A stretch of DNA of 64,000 nucleotides from Eledone cirrhosa (Eukaryota): assembly GCA_964016885.1 (NCBI GenBank), contig OZ024744.1:129952001-130016000 (forward strand), written 5' to 3'. Below the pieces are notes generated by a model. It made no database searches. It was not told where the DNA came from and worked only from the letters and a program-made list of their open reading frames with translations. Shown here piece by piece: positions 11,141 through 24,100 of this stretch (within the stretch, counting starts at the first letter, position 1; each line of letters opens with the position of its first letter). Position numbers and translations under genes: made by a program.

Positions 11141-14100
11141 TTAGGTTGGTGTTAAGTTAAGTTGGGGTCAAGTTAAGTTGGGGTTAAGTTATGTTGGGTT
11201 TAAGTTAAGTTGGGGCTAAGTTAAGTTAGGGCTAAGTTAAGTTGGGGTTAAGTAAAGTTAGGGCTAAGTTAATTTGGGGTTAAGTTAAGTCGGGGTTAAT
11301 TTAAGTTGGGGTTACATTAAGTTGAGGTTAAGTTAAGTTGGGGTTAAGTTAAGTTAGGGTTAATTTAAGTTGGGGTTATGTTAAGTTGGGGTTAAGTTAA
11401 GTTGGGGTTAAGTTAAGTTGGGGCTGAGTTAAGTTGGGGTTACGTTAAGTTGGGGTTAAGGTAAGTTGGGGTTAAGTTAAGTTGGGGTTAAGTTAAGTTG
11501 GGTTTAAGTTAAGTTGGGGTTAAGTTAAGTTGGGGTTAAATTAAGTTGGGGTTAATCTAAGGTGGGGTTAAGTTAAATTGAGGTTAAGTTAAGTTGGGGT
11601 TAATTTAAGTTGGGGTTAAGCTAAGTTGGGGTTAAGTTAAATTGAGGTTAAGTTAAGTTGGGGTTAAGTTAAGTTGGGGTTAATTTAAGTTGGGGCTAAG
11701 TAAAGTTGGGGCTAAGTTAAGTGGGGGTTAAGTTAAGTTAGGGTTGAGTTAAGTTGGGGTTAAGTTAACTTTGGGTTAAGTTAAGTTGGGTTTGAGTTAA
11801 ATTGGGGTTAATTAAGTTGGGGTTAAGTTAAGTTGGGGTTAAGTTAAGTTGGGGTTAAGTTAAGTTGGGGTTAAGTTAAGTTGCGGTTAAGTTAAGTTGA
11901 GGTTAAGTTAAGTTGGGGTTAAGTTAAGTTGGGGTTAAGTTAAGTGGGGCTAAGTTAAGTTGGGGCTAAGTTAAGTTGGGGCTTAGTTAAGTTGGGGTTA
12001 AGTTAAGTTGGGGTTAAGTTAAGGTGGGGTTTAGTTAAGTTGGGGTCAACTAAAGTTGGGGTTAAGATAAGTTGGGGTTCACTTAAGTTGGGGTTAATCT
12101 AAGTTGGGGTTAAGTTAAGTTGGGGTTTATTTAAGTTGGGGTTCAGTTAATTTGGGGTTAAGTTAAGTTTGGGTTAAGTTGGGGTTAAATTAAGTTGGGG
12201 TTAAGTTAAGTTGGGCTTAAGTTACGTTGGGGTTAATTTAAGTTGGGGTTAAGTTAAGTTGCGGGTAATTTAAGTTGGGGTTAAGTTAAGTTGGGGTTAA
12301 GTTAAGTTGGGGTTAAGTTAAGTTGGGGGTAAGTTAAGTTGGGGGTAAGTTAAGTTGGGAGTAAGTTAAGTTGGGGTTAAGTTAAGTTGGGGTTAAGTTA
12401 AGTTGGGGTTAAGTTAAGTTAGGGTTAAGTTAAGTTGGGGTTGAGTTAAGTTGGGGTTAAGTTAAGTTGGGGTTATGTTAAGTTGGGGTTAAGTTAAATT
12501 GGGGTTAATTTAACTTTGTGGTTAAGTTAAGTTGGGGTTAAGTTAAGTTGGGGTTAAGTTAAGTTGGGGTTAATTTAAGTTGCGGATAAGTTAAGTTGAG
12601 GTTAAGTTAAGTTGGGGTTAAGTTAAGTTGGGGTTAAGTTAAGTTGGGGCTAAGTTAAGTTGGGGCTAAGTTAAGTTGGGGCTTAGTTAAGTTGGGGTTA
12701 AGTTAAGTTGGGGTTAAGTTAAGGTGGGGTTTAGTTAAGTTGGGGTCAACTAAAGTTGGGGTTAAGTTAAGTTGGGGTTTATTTAAGTTGGGGTTCAGTT
12801 AATTTGGGGTTAAGTTAAGTTTGGGTTAAGTTGGGGTTAAATTAAGTTGGGGTTAAGTTAAGTTGGGGTTAATTTAAGTTGGGGTTAAGTTAAGTTGGGG
12901 TTAAGTTAAGTTGGGGTTAAGTTAAGTTGGGGGTAAGTTAAGTTGGTGTTAATTTAAGTTGGGGTTAAGTTAAGTTGGGGTTAAGTTGAGTTGGGGTAAA
13001 GTTAAGTTGGGGTTAAGTTAAGTTGGGGTTAATTTAAGTTGGGGTTAAGTTAAGTTGGGGTTAATTTAAGTTGGGGTTAATTTAAGTTGGGGTTAAGTTA
13101 AGTTGGGGTTAAGTTAAGTTGGGGTTAAGTTAAGTTGGGGGTAAGTTAAGTTGGGGTTAAGTTAAGTTGGGGTTAAGTTGGGGTTAAGTTAAGTTAGGGT
13201 TAACTTAAGTTGGGGTTGAGTTAAGTGGTGGTTATGTTAAGTGGTGGTTATGTTAACTTGGGGTTAAGTTAAGTTGGGGTTAAGTTAAGTTGCGGTTAAG
13301 TTAAGTTGGCGTTAAGTTAAGTTGGGGTTAAGTTAAGTTGGGATTAAGTTAAGTTGGGGTTAAGTTAAGTTGGGGTTAAGTTAAGTTGGGGTTAAGTTAG
13401 ATTGTTGTTAAGTTAAGTTGGTGTTAATTTAAGTTGGGGTTAACTTAAGTCGGGATTAAGTTAAGTGGGGGTTAAGTTAAGTTGGGGTTAAATTAAGTTC
13501 GGGTTAAGTTAAGTTGGGGTTAAGTTAAGTTGGGGTTAAGTTAGGTTGGGGTTAAGTTAAGTTGGGGGTAAGTTAAGTTGGGGGTAAGTTAAGTCGGGGG
13601 TAATTTCAGTTGGGGTTAAGTTAAGTTGGGGTTGAGTTAAGTTGGGGCTAAGTTAAGTTGGGGTTATGTTAAGTTGGGGTTAATTTAAGTTGGGGTTAAG
13701 TTAAGTTGGGGTTCAATTAAGTTGCGGTTAATTTAAGTTGGGGTTAAGTTAAGTTGGGGTTAAGTTAAGTTGGGGTTAAGTTAAGTTGGGGTTAAGTTAA
13801 GTTGGGATTAATTTAAGTTGGGGTTAAGTTAAGTTGGGGTTAAGTTAAGTTGGGGTTAAATTAAGTTGGGGTTAAGTTAAGTTGGGGTTAAGTTAAGTTG
13901 GGGTTAAGTTAAGTTGGGGTTAAGTTAATTTGTGGTTAAGTTAAGTTGGGGTTAAGTTAAGTTGGGGTTAAGTTCAGTCGGGGTTAAGTTAAGTCGGGGT
14001 TAAGTTAAGTTGGGGTTGAGTTAAGTTGGGGTTAAGTTAAGTTGGGGTTAAGATAAGTTGGGGTTAAGTTAAGTTGGGGTTGAGTTAAGTTGGGGTTGAG

Positions 14101-17100
14101 TTAATTTGGGGTTAAGTTAAGTTGGAGTTAACTTAAGTTGGGTTTAAGTTAAGTTGGGGTTAAGTTAAGTTGGGGTTAAATTAAGTTGGGGTTAAGTTAA
14201 GTTGGGGGTAAGATAAGTTGGGGTTAGTTAAGTTGCGGTTAAGTTAAGTTGGGGTTAAGTTAAGTTGGGGTTAAGTTAAGTTGGGGTAAAGTTAAGTTGG
14301 GGGTAAGTTAAGTTGGGGGTAAGTTAAGTTGGGGGTAAGTTAAGTTGGGGTTAATTTAAGTTAGGTCTAATTAAGTTGGGGTTAAGTTAAGTTGGGGTTA
14401 AATTAAGTTGGGGTTTAGTTAAGTTGGGGTTAAGTTAAGTTGGGGTTAAGTTAAGTTGCGGTTAAGTTAAGTTGAGGTTAAGTTAAGTAGGGGTTAAATT
14501 ATGTTGGGGTTAAGTTAAGTTCGGGTTAAGTTAAGTTGGGGTTAAGTTGAGTTGGGGATAAGTTAAGTTGGGGATAAGTTAAGTTGGGGTTAAGTTAAGT
14601 TGGGTTTAAGATAAGTTTGGGTTAAGTTAAGTTGGGGTTAAGTTAAGTTGGGGTTAAGTTAAGTTGGGGTTAAGTTAAGTTGGTTAGTTAAGTTGAGTTT
14701 AAGTTAAGTTGGGGTTAATTTAAGTTGGGGTTAAGTTAAGTTGGGGTTAAGTTAAGTTGGGGTTAAGTTAAGTTGGGGTTAAGTTAAGTTGCGGTTAAGT
14801 TAAGTTGAGGTTAAGTTAAGTTGGGGTTAAGTTAAGTTGGGGTTAAGTTAAGTTGGGGCTAAGTTAAGTTGGGGCTAAGTTAAGTTGGGGCTAAGTTAAG
14901 TTGGGGTTAAGTTAACTTTGGGTTATGTTAATTTGGGTTTGAGTTAAGTTGGGGTTAATTAAGTTGATGTTAAGTTAAGTTGATGTTAAGTTAAGTTGGG
15001 GTTAAGTTAAGTCGGGGTTAAGTTAAGGTGGGGTTAAGTTAAGTTGGGGTCAACTAAAGTTGGGGTTAAGTTAAGTTGGGGTTAACTTAAGTTGGGGTTA
15101 AGTTAAGTTGGGGTTAAGTTGGGGTTAAATTAAGTTGGGGTTAAGTTAAGTTGGGGTTAAGTTAAATGGGGTTAAGTTAAGTTTCGGGTAATTTAAGTTG
15201 GGGTTAAGTTAAGTTGGGGTTAAGTTAAGTTGGGGGTAAGTTAAGTTGGGAGTAAGTTAAGTTGGGGTTAAGTTAAGTTGGGGTTAAGTTAAGTTGGGGT
15301 TAAGTTAAGTTAGGGTTAAGTTAAGTTGGGGTTGAGTTAAGTTGGGGTTAAGTTAAGTTGGGGTTATGTTAAGTTGGGGTTAAGTTAAATTGGGGTTAAT
15401 TTAACTTTGTGGTTAAGTTAAGTTGGGGTTAAGTTAAGTTGGGGTTAAGTTAAGTTGGGGTTAAATTAAGTTGGGGTTAAATTAAGTTGGGGTTAAGTTA
15501 AGTTGGGGTTATGTTAAGTTGGTGTTAAGTTAAGTTGGGGTTAAGTTAAGTTGGGGTTAAGTTAAGTTGGGGTTAAGTTAGGTTGGTGTTAAGTTAAGTT
15601 GGGGTTAAGTTAAGTTGGGGTTAAGTTATGTTGGGTTTAAGTTAAGTTGGGGCTAAGTTAAGTTAGGGCTAAGTTAAGTTGGGGTTAAGTAAAGTTAGGG
15701 CTAAGTTAATTTGGGGTTAAGTTAAGTTGGGGTTAATTTAAGTTGGGGTTACATTAAGTTGAGGTTAAGTTAAGTTGGGGTTAAGTTAAGTTAGGGTTAA
15801 TTTAAGTTGGGGTTATGTTAAGTTGGGGTTAAGTTAAGTTGGGGTTAAGTTAAGTTGGGGCTGAGTTAAGTTGGGGTTACGTTAAGTTGGGGTTAAGGTA
15901 AGTTGGGGTTAAGTTAAGTTGGGGTTAAGTTAAGTTGGGTTTAAGTTAAGTTGGGGTTAAGTTAAGTTGGGGTTAAATTAAGTTGGGGTTAATCTAAGGT
16001 GGGGTTAAGTTAAATTGAGGTTAAGTTAAGTTGGGGTTAATTTAAGTTGGGGTTAAGCTAAGTTGGGGTTAAGTTAAATTGAGGTTAAGTTAAGTTGGGG
16101 TTAAGTTAAGTTGGGGTTAATTTAAGTTGGGGCTAAGTAAAGTTGGGGCTAAGTTAAGTGGGGGTTAAGTTAAGTTAGGGTTGAGTTAAGTTGGGGTTAA
16201 GTTAACTTTGGGTTAAGTTAAGTTGGGTTTGAGTTAAATTGGGGTTAATTAAGTTGGGGTTAAGTTAAGTTGGGGTTAAGTTAAGTTGGGGTTAAGTTAA
16301 GTTGGGGTTAAGTTAAGTTGCGGTTAAGTTAAGTTGAGGTTAAGTTAAGTTGGGGTTAAGTTAAGTTGGGGTTAAGTTAAGTGGGGCTAAGTTAAGTTGG
16401 GGCTAAGTTAAGTTGGGGCTTAGTTAAGTTGGGGTTAAGTTAAGTTGGGGTTAAGTTAAGGTGGGGTTTAGTTAAGTTGGGGTCAACTAAAGTTGGGGTT
16501 AAGATAAGTTGGGGTTCACTTAAGTTGGGGTTAATCTAAGTTGGGGTTAAGTTAAGTTGGGGTTTATTTAAGTTGGGGTTCAGTTAATTTGGGGTTAAGT
16601 TAAGTTTGGGTTAAGTTGGGGTTAAATTAAGTTGGGGTTAAGTTAAGTTGGGCTTAAGTTACGTTGGGGTTAATTTAAGTTGGGGTTAAGTTAAGTTGCG
16701 GGTAATTTAAGTTGGGGTTAAGTTAAGTTGGGGTTAAGTTAAGTTGGGGTTAAGTTAAGTTGGGGGTAAGTTAAGTTGGGGGTAAGTTAAGTTGGGAGTA
16801 AGTTAAGTTGGGGTTAAGTTAAGTTGGGGTTAAGTTAAGTTGGGGTTAAGTTAAGTTAGGGTTAAGTTAAGTTGGGGTTGAGTTAAGTTGGGGTTAAGTT
16901 AAGTTGGGGTTATGTTAAGTTGGGGTTAAGTTAAATTGGGGTTAATTTAACTTTGTGGTTAAGTTAAGTTGGGGTTAAGTTAAGTTGGGGTTAAGTTAAG
17001 TTGGGGTTAATTTAAGTTGCGGATAAGTTAAGTTGAGGTTAAGTTAAGTTGGGGTTAAGTTAAGTTGGGGTTAAGTTAAGTTGGGGCTAAGTTAAGTTGG

Positions 17101-18750
17101 GGCTAAGTTAAGTTGGGGCTTAGTTAAGTTGGGGTTAAGTTAAGTTGGGGTTAAGTTAAGGTGGGGTTTAGTTAAGTTGGGGTCAACTAAAGTTGGGGTT
17201 AAGTTAAGTTGGGGTTTATTTAAGTTGGGGTTCAGTTAATTTGGGGTTAAGTTAAGTTTGGGTTAAGTTGGGGTTAAATTAAGTTGGGGTTAAGTTAAGT
17301 TGGGGTTAATTTAAGTTGGGGTTAAGTTAAGTTGGGGTTAAGTTAAGTTGGGGTTAAGTTAAGTTGGGGGTAAGTTAAGTTGGTGTTAATTTAAGTTGGG
17401 GTTAAGTTAAGTTGGGGTTAAGTTGAGTTGGGGTAAAGTTAAGTTGGGGTTAAGTTAAGTTGGGGTTAATTTAAGTTGGGGTTAAGTTAAGTTGGGGTTA
17501 ATTTAAGTTGGGGTTAATTTAAGTTGGGGTTAAGTTAAGTTGGGGTTAAGTTAAGTTGGGGTTAAGTTAAGTTGGGGGTAAGTTAAGTTGGGGTTAAGTT
17601 AAGTTGGGGTTAAGTTGGGGTTAAGTTAAGTTAGGGTTAACTTAAGTTGGGGTTAAGTTAAGTGGTGGTTATGTTAAGTGGTGGTTATGTTAACTTGGGG
17701 TTAAGTTAAGTTGGGGTTAAGTTAAGTTGCGGTTAAGTTAAGTTGGCGTTAAGTTAAGTTGGGGTTAAGTTAAGTTGGGATTAAGTTAAGTTGGGGTTAA
17801 GTTAAGTTGGGGTTAAGTTAAGTTGGGGTTAAGTTAGATTGTTGTTAAGTTAAGTTGGTGTTAATTTAAGTTGGGGTTAACTTAAGTCGGGATTAAGTTA
17901 AGTGGGGGTTAAGTTAAGTTGGGGTTAAATTAAGTTCGGGTTAAGTTAAGTTGGGGTTAAGTTAAGTTGGGGTTAAGTTAGGTTGGGGTTAAGTTAAGTT
18001 GGGGGTAAGTTAAGTTGGGGGTAAGTTAAGTCGGGGGTAATTTCAGTTGGGGTTAAGTTAAGTTGGGGTTGAGTTAAGTTGGGGCTAAGTTAAGTTGGGG
18101 TTATGTTAAGTTGGGGTTAATTTAAGTTGGGGTTAAGTTAAGTTGGGGTTCAATTAAGTTGCGGTTAATTTAAGTTGGGGTTAAGTTAAGTTGGGGTTAA
18201 GTTAAGTTGGGGTTAAGTTAAGTTGGGGTTAAGTTAAGTTGGGATTAATTTAAGTTGGGGTTAAGTTAAGTTGGGGTTAAGTTAAGTTGGGGTTAAATTA
18301 AGTTGGGGTTAAGTTAAGTTGGGGTTAAGTTAAGTTGGGGTTAAGTTAAGTTGGGGTTAAGTTAATTTGTGGTTAAGTTAAGTTGGGGTTAAGTTAAGTT
18401 GGGGTTAAGTTCAGTCGGGGTTAAGTTAAGTCGGGGTTAAGTTAAGTTGGGGTTGAGTTAAGTTGGGGTTAAGTTAAGTTGGGGTTAAGATAAGTTGGGG
18501 TTAAGTTAAGTTGGGGTTGAGTTAAGTTGGGGTTGAGTTAATTTGGGGTTAAGTTAAGTTGGAGTTAACTTAAGTTGGGTTTAAGTTAAGTTGGGGTTAA
18601 GTTAAGTTGGGGTTAAATTAAGTTGGGGTTAAGTTAAGTTGGGGGTAAGATAAGTTGGGGTTAGTTAAGTTGCGGTTAAGTTAAGTTGGGGTTAAGTTAA
18701 GTTGGGGTTAAGTTAAGTTGGGGTAAAGTTAAGTTGGGGGTAAGTTAAGT
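10790..18750 (+). repeat. Higher-order repeat, period 4,437 bp (~1.8 tandem copies)
   Basis: Offsets of 4,437 for GGGAGT 10811/15248, AACTTTGTGG 10966/15403, GTGGTGGTTATG 13225/17662 and TTAGATTGTT 13397/17834. The match breaks at ~18750 by deletion. Confidence 0.88.
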
Positions 18751-21109
18751 TCGGGTTAAGTTAAGTTGGGGTTAAGTTAAGTTGGGTTTAAGATAAGTTT
18801 GGGTTAAGTTAAGTTGGGGTTAAGTTAAGTTGGGGTTAAGTTAAGTTGGGGTTAAGTTAAGTTGGTTAGTTAAGTTGAGTTTAAGTTAAGTTGGGGTTAA
18901 TTTAAGTTGGGGTTAAGTTAAGTTGGGGTTAAGTTAAGTTGGGGTTAAGTTAAGTTGGGGTTAAGTTAAGTTGCGGTTAAGTTAAGTTGAGGTTAAGTTA
19001 AGTTGGGGTTAAGTTAAGTTGGGGTTAAGTTAAGTTGGGGCTAAGTTAAGTTGGGGCTAAGTTAAGTTGGGGCTAAGTTAAGTTGGGGTTAAGTTAACTT
19101 TGGGTTATGTTAATTTGGGTTTGAGTTAAGTTGGGGTTAATTAAGTTGATGTTAAGTTAAGTTGATGTTAAGTTAAGTTGGGGTTAAGTTAAGTCGGGGT
19201 TAAGTTAAGGTGGGGTTAAGTTAAGTTGGGGTCAACTAAAGTTGGGGTTAAGTTAAGTTGGGGTTAACTTAAGTTGGGGTTAAGTTAAGTTGGGGTTAAG
19301 TTGGGGTTAAATTAAGTTGGGGTTAAGTTAAGTTGGGGTTAAGTTAAATGGGGTTAAGTTAAGTTTCGGGTAATTTAAGTTGGGGTTAAGTTAAGTTGGG
19401 GTTAAGTTAAGTTGGGGGTAAGTTAAGTTGGGGGTAAGTTAAGTTGGGGGTAAGTTAAGTTGGGGTAAGTTAAGTTGGGGTTAAGTTAAGTTGGGGTTAA
19501 GTTAAGTTAGGGTTAAGTTAAGTTGGGGTTGAGTTAAGTTGGGGTTAAGTTAAGTTGGGGTTATGTTAAGTTGGGGTTAAGTTAAGTTGGGGTTAAGTTA
19601 AGTTGGGGTTAAGTTAAGTTGCGGTTAAGTTAAGTTGGGGTTAAATTAAGTTGGGGTTAAGTTAAGTTGGGATTAAGTTAAGTTGGGGTTAAGTTAGATT
19701 GTTGTTAAGTTAAGTTGGGGTTAAGTTAAGTTGGGGTTAATTTAAGTTGAGGTTAATTTAAGTTGGGTCTAATTAAGTTGGGGTTAAGTTAAGTTGGGGT
19801 TAAGTTAAGTTGGGGTTAAGTTAAGTTGGGGTTAAATTAAGTTGGGGTTAAGTTAAGTTGGGGTTAAGTTAAGTTGGGGTTAAGTTAAGTTGGGGTTCAA
19901 TTAAGTTGCGTGTAATTTAAGTTGGGGTTAAGTTAAGTTGGGGGTACGTTAAGTTGGGGGTAAGTTAAGTTGGGGTTAAGTTAAGTTGGGGTTAAGTTAA
20001 GTCGGGGTTAATTTAAGTTGGGGTTAAGTTAAGTTGGGGTTAAGTTAAGTTGGGGTTAAGTTAAGTTGGGATTAAGTTAAGTTGGGCTTAAGTTAAGTTG
20101 GGGTTGAGTTAAGTTGGGGTTAAGTTAGATTGTTGTTAAGTTATTTTGCGGTTAAGTTAAGTTGGGGTTAAGTTAAGTTGGGGTTAATTTAAGTTGGGGT
20201 TAAGTTAAGTGGGGGTTAAGTTGAGTTGGGGTTAAGTTAAGTTGGGGTTAAGTTAAGTTGGGGTTAAGTTAAGTTGGGGTTAAGATAAGTTGGGGTTAAG
20301 TTAAGTTGGGGTTGAGTTAAGTTCGGGTTGAGTTAATTTGGGGTTAACTTAAGTTGGGGTTAACTTAAGTTGGGATTAAGTTAAGTTGGGGTTAAGTTAA
20401 GTTGGGGTTAAATTAAGTTCGGGATAAGTTAAGTTGGGGTTAAGTTAAGTTGGGGTTAAGTTAAGTTGGGGATAAGTTAAGTTGGGGTTAAGTTAGGTTG
20501 GGGTTAAGTTATGTTGGGGGTAAGTTAAGTTGGGGGTAAGTTAAGTTGGGGGTAAGTTAAGTTGGGTCTAATTAAGTTGGGGTTAAGTTAAGTTGGGGTT
20601 AAGTTAAGTTGGGGTTAAGTTACGTTGGGGTTAAGTTAAGTTGGGGTTAGTTTAAGTTGGGGCTAAGTTAAGTTGGGGTTAAGTTAAGTTGGGGTTACGT
20701 TAAGTTGGGGGTAAGTTAAGTTGGTGGTAAGTTAAGTTGGGGTTAAGTTAAGTTGGGGTTAAGTTAAGTTGGAGTTAAGTTAAGTTGGGGGTAAGTTAAG
20801 TTGGGGTTAAGTTAAGTTGGGGTTAAGATAAGTTGGGGTTAAGTTAAGTTGGGGTTGAGCTAAGTTGGGGTTGAGTTAATTTGGGGTTAAGTTAAGTTGG
20901 GGTTAAGTTAAGTTGGGTTTAAGTTAAGTTGGGGTTAAGTTAAGTTGGGGTTAAATTAAGTTGGGGTTAAGCTAAGTTGGGGTTAAGTTAAATTGAGGTT
21001 AAGTTAAGTTGGGGTTAATTTAAGTTGGGGTTAAGCTAAGTTGGGGTTAAGTTAAATTGAGGTTAAGTTAAGTTGGGGTTAAGTTAATTGGGGTTAATTT
21101 AAGTTGGGG

Positions 21110-24100
21110 CTAAGTAAAGTTGGGGCTAAGTTAAGTGGGGGTTAATTTAAGTTAGGGTTGAGTTAAGTTGGGGTTAAGTTAACTTTGGGTTAAGTTAAGT
21201 TGGGTTTGAGTTAAGTTGGGGTTAATTAAGTTGGGGTTAAGTTAAGTTGGGGTTAAGTTAAGTTGGGGTTAAGTTAAGTTGGGGTTAAGTTAAGTTGCGG
21301 TTAAGTTAAGTTGAGGTTAAGTTAAGTTGGGGTTAAGTGAAGTTGCGGTTAAGTTAAGTTGGGGCTAAGTTAAGTTGGGGCTAAGTTAAGTTGGGGCTTA
21401 GTTAAGTTGGGGTTAAGTTAAGTTGGGGTTAAGTTAAGGTGGGGTTTAGTTAAGTTGGGGTCAACTAAAGTTGGGGTTAAGTTAAGTTGGGGTTCACTTA
21501 AGTTGGGGTTAAGTTAAGTTGGGGTTAAGTTAAGTTGGGGTTTATTTAAGTTGGGGTTCAGTTAATTTGGGGTTAAGTTAAGTTTGGGTTTAGTTGGGGT
21601 TAAATTAAGTTGGGGTTAAGTTAAGTTGGGGTTAAGTTACGTTGGGGTTAATTTAAGTTGGGGTTAAGTTAAGTTGCGGGTAATTTAAGTTGGGGTTAAG
21701 TTAAGTTGGGGTTAAGTTAAGTTGGGGTTAAGTTAAGTTGGGGGTAAGTTAAGTTGGGGTTAAGTTAAGTTTGGGTTAAGTTAAGTTGGGGTTAAGTTAA
21801 GTTAGGGTTAAGTTAAGTTGGGGTTGAGTTAAGTTGGGGTTAAGTTAAGTTGGGGTTATGTTAAGTTGGGGTTAAGTTAAATTGGGGTTAATTTAACTTT
21901 GTGGTTAAGTTAAGTTGGGGTTAATTTAAGTTGGGGTTAAGTTAAGTTGGAGTTAAGTTAAGTTGGGGTTAAGTTAAGTTGGGGTTAATTTAAGTTGCGG
22001 TTAAGTTAAGTTGAGGTTAAGTTAAGTTGGGGTTAAGTTAAGTTGGGGTTAAGTTAAGTTGGGGCTAAGTTAAGTTGGGGCTAAGTTAAGTTGGGGCTTA
22101 GTTAAGTTGGGGTTAAGTTAAGTTGGGGTTAAGTTAAGGTGTGGTTTAGTTAAGTTGGGGTCAACTAAAGTTGGGGTTAAGTTAAGTTGGGGTTTATTTA
22201 AGTTGGGGTTCAGTTAATTTGGGGTTAAGTTAAGTTTGGGTTAAGTTGGGGTTAAGTTAAGTTGGGGTTAAATTAAGTTGGGTTTAAGTTAAGTTGGGGT
22301 TAAGTTAAGTTGGGGTTAAATTAAGTTGGGGTTAAGCTAAGTTGGGGTTAAGTTAAATTGAGGTTAAGTTAAGTTGGGGTTAATTTAAGTTGGGGTTAAG
22401 CTAAGTTGGGGTTAAGTTAAATTGAGGTTAAGTTAAGTTGGGGTTAAGTTAAGTTGGGGTTAATTTAAGTTGGGGCTAAGTAAAGTTGGGGCTAAGTTAA
22501 GTGGGGGTAAATTTAAGTTAGGGTTGAGTTAAGTTGGGGTTAAGTTAACTTTGGGTTAAGTTAAGTTGGGTTTGAGTTAAGTTGGGGTTAATTAAGTTGG
22601 GGTTAAGTTAAGTTGGGGTTAAGTTAAGTTGGGGTTAAGTTAAGTTGGGGTTAAGTTAAGTTGGGGGTAAGTTAAGTTGGGGGTAAGTTAAGTTGGTGTT
22701 AAGTTAAGTTGGGGTTAAGTTAAGTTGGGGTTAAGTTAAGTTGGGTTTAAGTTAAGTTGGGGCTGAGTTAAGTTAGGGCTAAGTTAAGTTGGAGTTAAGT
22801 AAAGTTAGGGCTAAGTTAAGTTGGGGTTAAGTTAAGCTGGGGTTAATTTAAGTTGGGGTTACATTAAGATGAGGTTAAGTTAAGTTGGTGTTAAGTTAAG
22901 TTGGGGTTAATTTAAGTTAAGTTGGGGTTAAGTTAAGTTGGGGTTAAGTTAAGTTGGGGTTAATTTCAGTTGGGGTTGAGTTAAGTTGGGGTTGAGTTTA
23001 GTTGGGGTTAAGTTAAGTTGGGGTTGAGTTAAGTTGGGGTTAAGTTAAGTTGGGGCTAAGTTAAGTTCGGGTTAAGTTAAGTTGGTGTTAAGTTAAGTTG
23101 GGGTTAAGTTAAGTTGGGGCTAAGTTAAGTTGGGTCTAAGTTAAGTTGGGGTTAAGTTAAGTTGGGGTTAAGTTAAGTTAGGGTTAATTTAAGTTGGGGT
23201 TATGTTAAGTTGGGGTTAAGTTAAGTTGGGGTTAAGTTAGGTTGGTGTTAAGTTAAGTTGGGGGTAAGTTAAGTTGGGGGTAAGTTAAGTTGGTGTTAAG
23301 TTAAGTTGGGGTAAAGTTAAGTTGGGGTTAAGTTAAGTTGGGTTTAAGTTAAGTTGGGGCTAAGTTAAGTTAGGGCTAAGTTAAGTTGGGGCTGAGTTAA
23401 GTTGGGGTTAAATTAAGTTGGGGTTAAGTTAAGTTGGGGGTAAGATAAGTTGGGGTTAGTTAAGTTGCGGTTAAGTTAAGTTGGGGTTAAGTTAAGTTGG
23501 GGTTAAGTTGATTTGGGGTAAAGTTAAGTTGGGGTTAAGTTAAGTTGGGGTTAATTTAAGTTGGGGTTAAGTTAAGTTGGGGTTAATTTAAGTTGGGGTT
23601 AATTTAAGTTGGGGTTAAGTTAAGTTGGGGTTAAGTTAAGTTGGGGTTAAGTTAAGTTGGGGGTAAGTTAAGTTGGGGTTAAGTTAAGTTGGGGTTAAGT
23701 TGGGGTTAAGTTAAGTTAGGGTTAACTTAAGTTGGGGTTAAGTTAAGTGGTGGTTATGTTAAGTGGTGGTTATGTTAACTTGGGGTTAAGTTAAGTTGGG
23801 GTTAAGTTAAGTTGGGGTTAAGTTAAGTTGGGGTTAAGTTAATTAGGGTTAAGTTAAGTTGGGGTTAAGTTAAGTTGGGGTTAAGTTAAGTTGCGGTTAA
23901 GTTAAGTTGGCGTTAAGTTAAGTTGGGGTGAAGTTAAGTTGGGATTAAGTTAAGTTGGGGTTAAGTTAAGTTGGGGTTAAGTTAAGTTGGGGTTAAGTTA
24001 GATTGTTGTTAAGTTAAGTTGGGGTTAAGTTAAGTTGGGGTTAATTTAAGTTGGGGTTAAGTTAAGTCGGGGTTAAGTTGAGTTGGAGTTAGGTTAAGTT

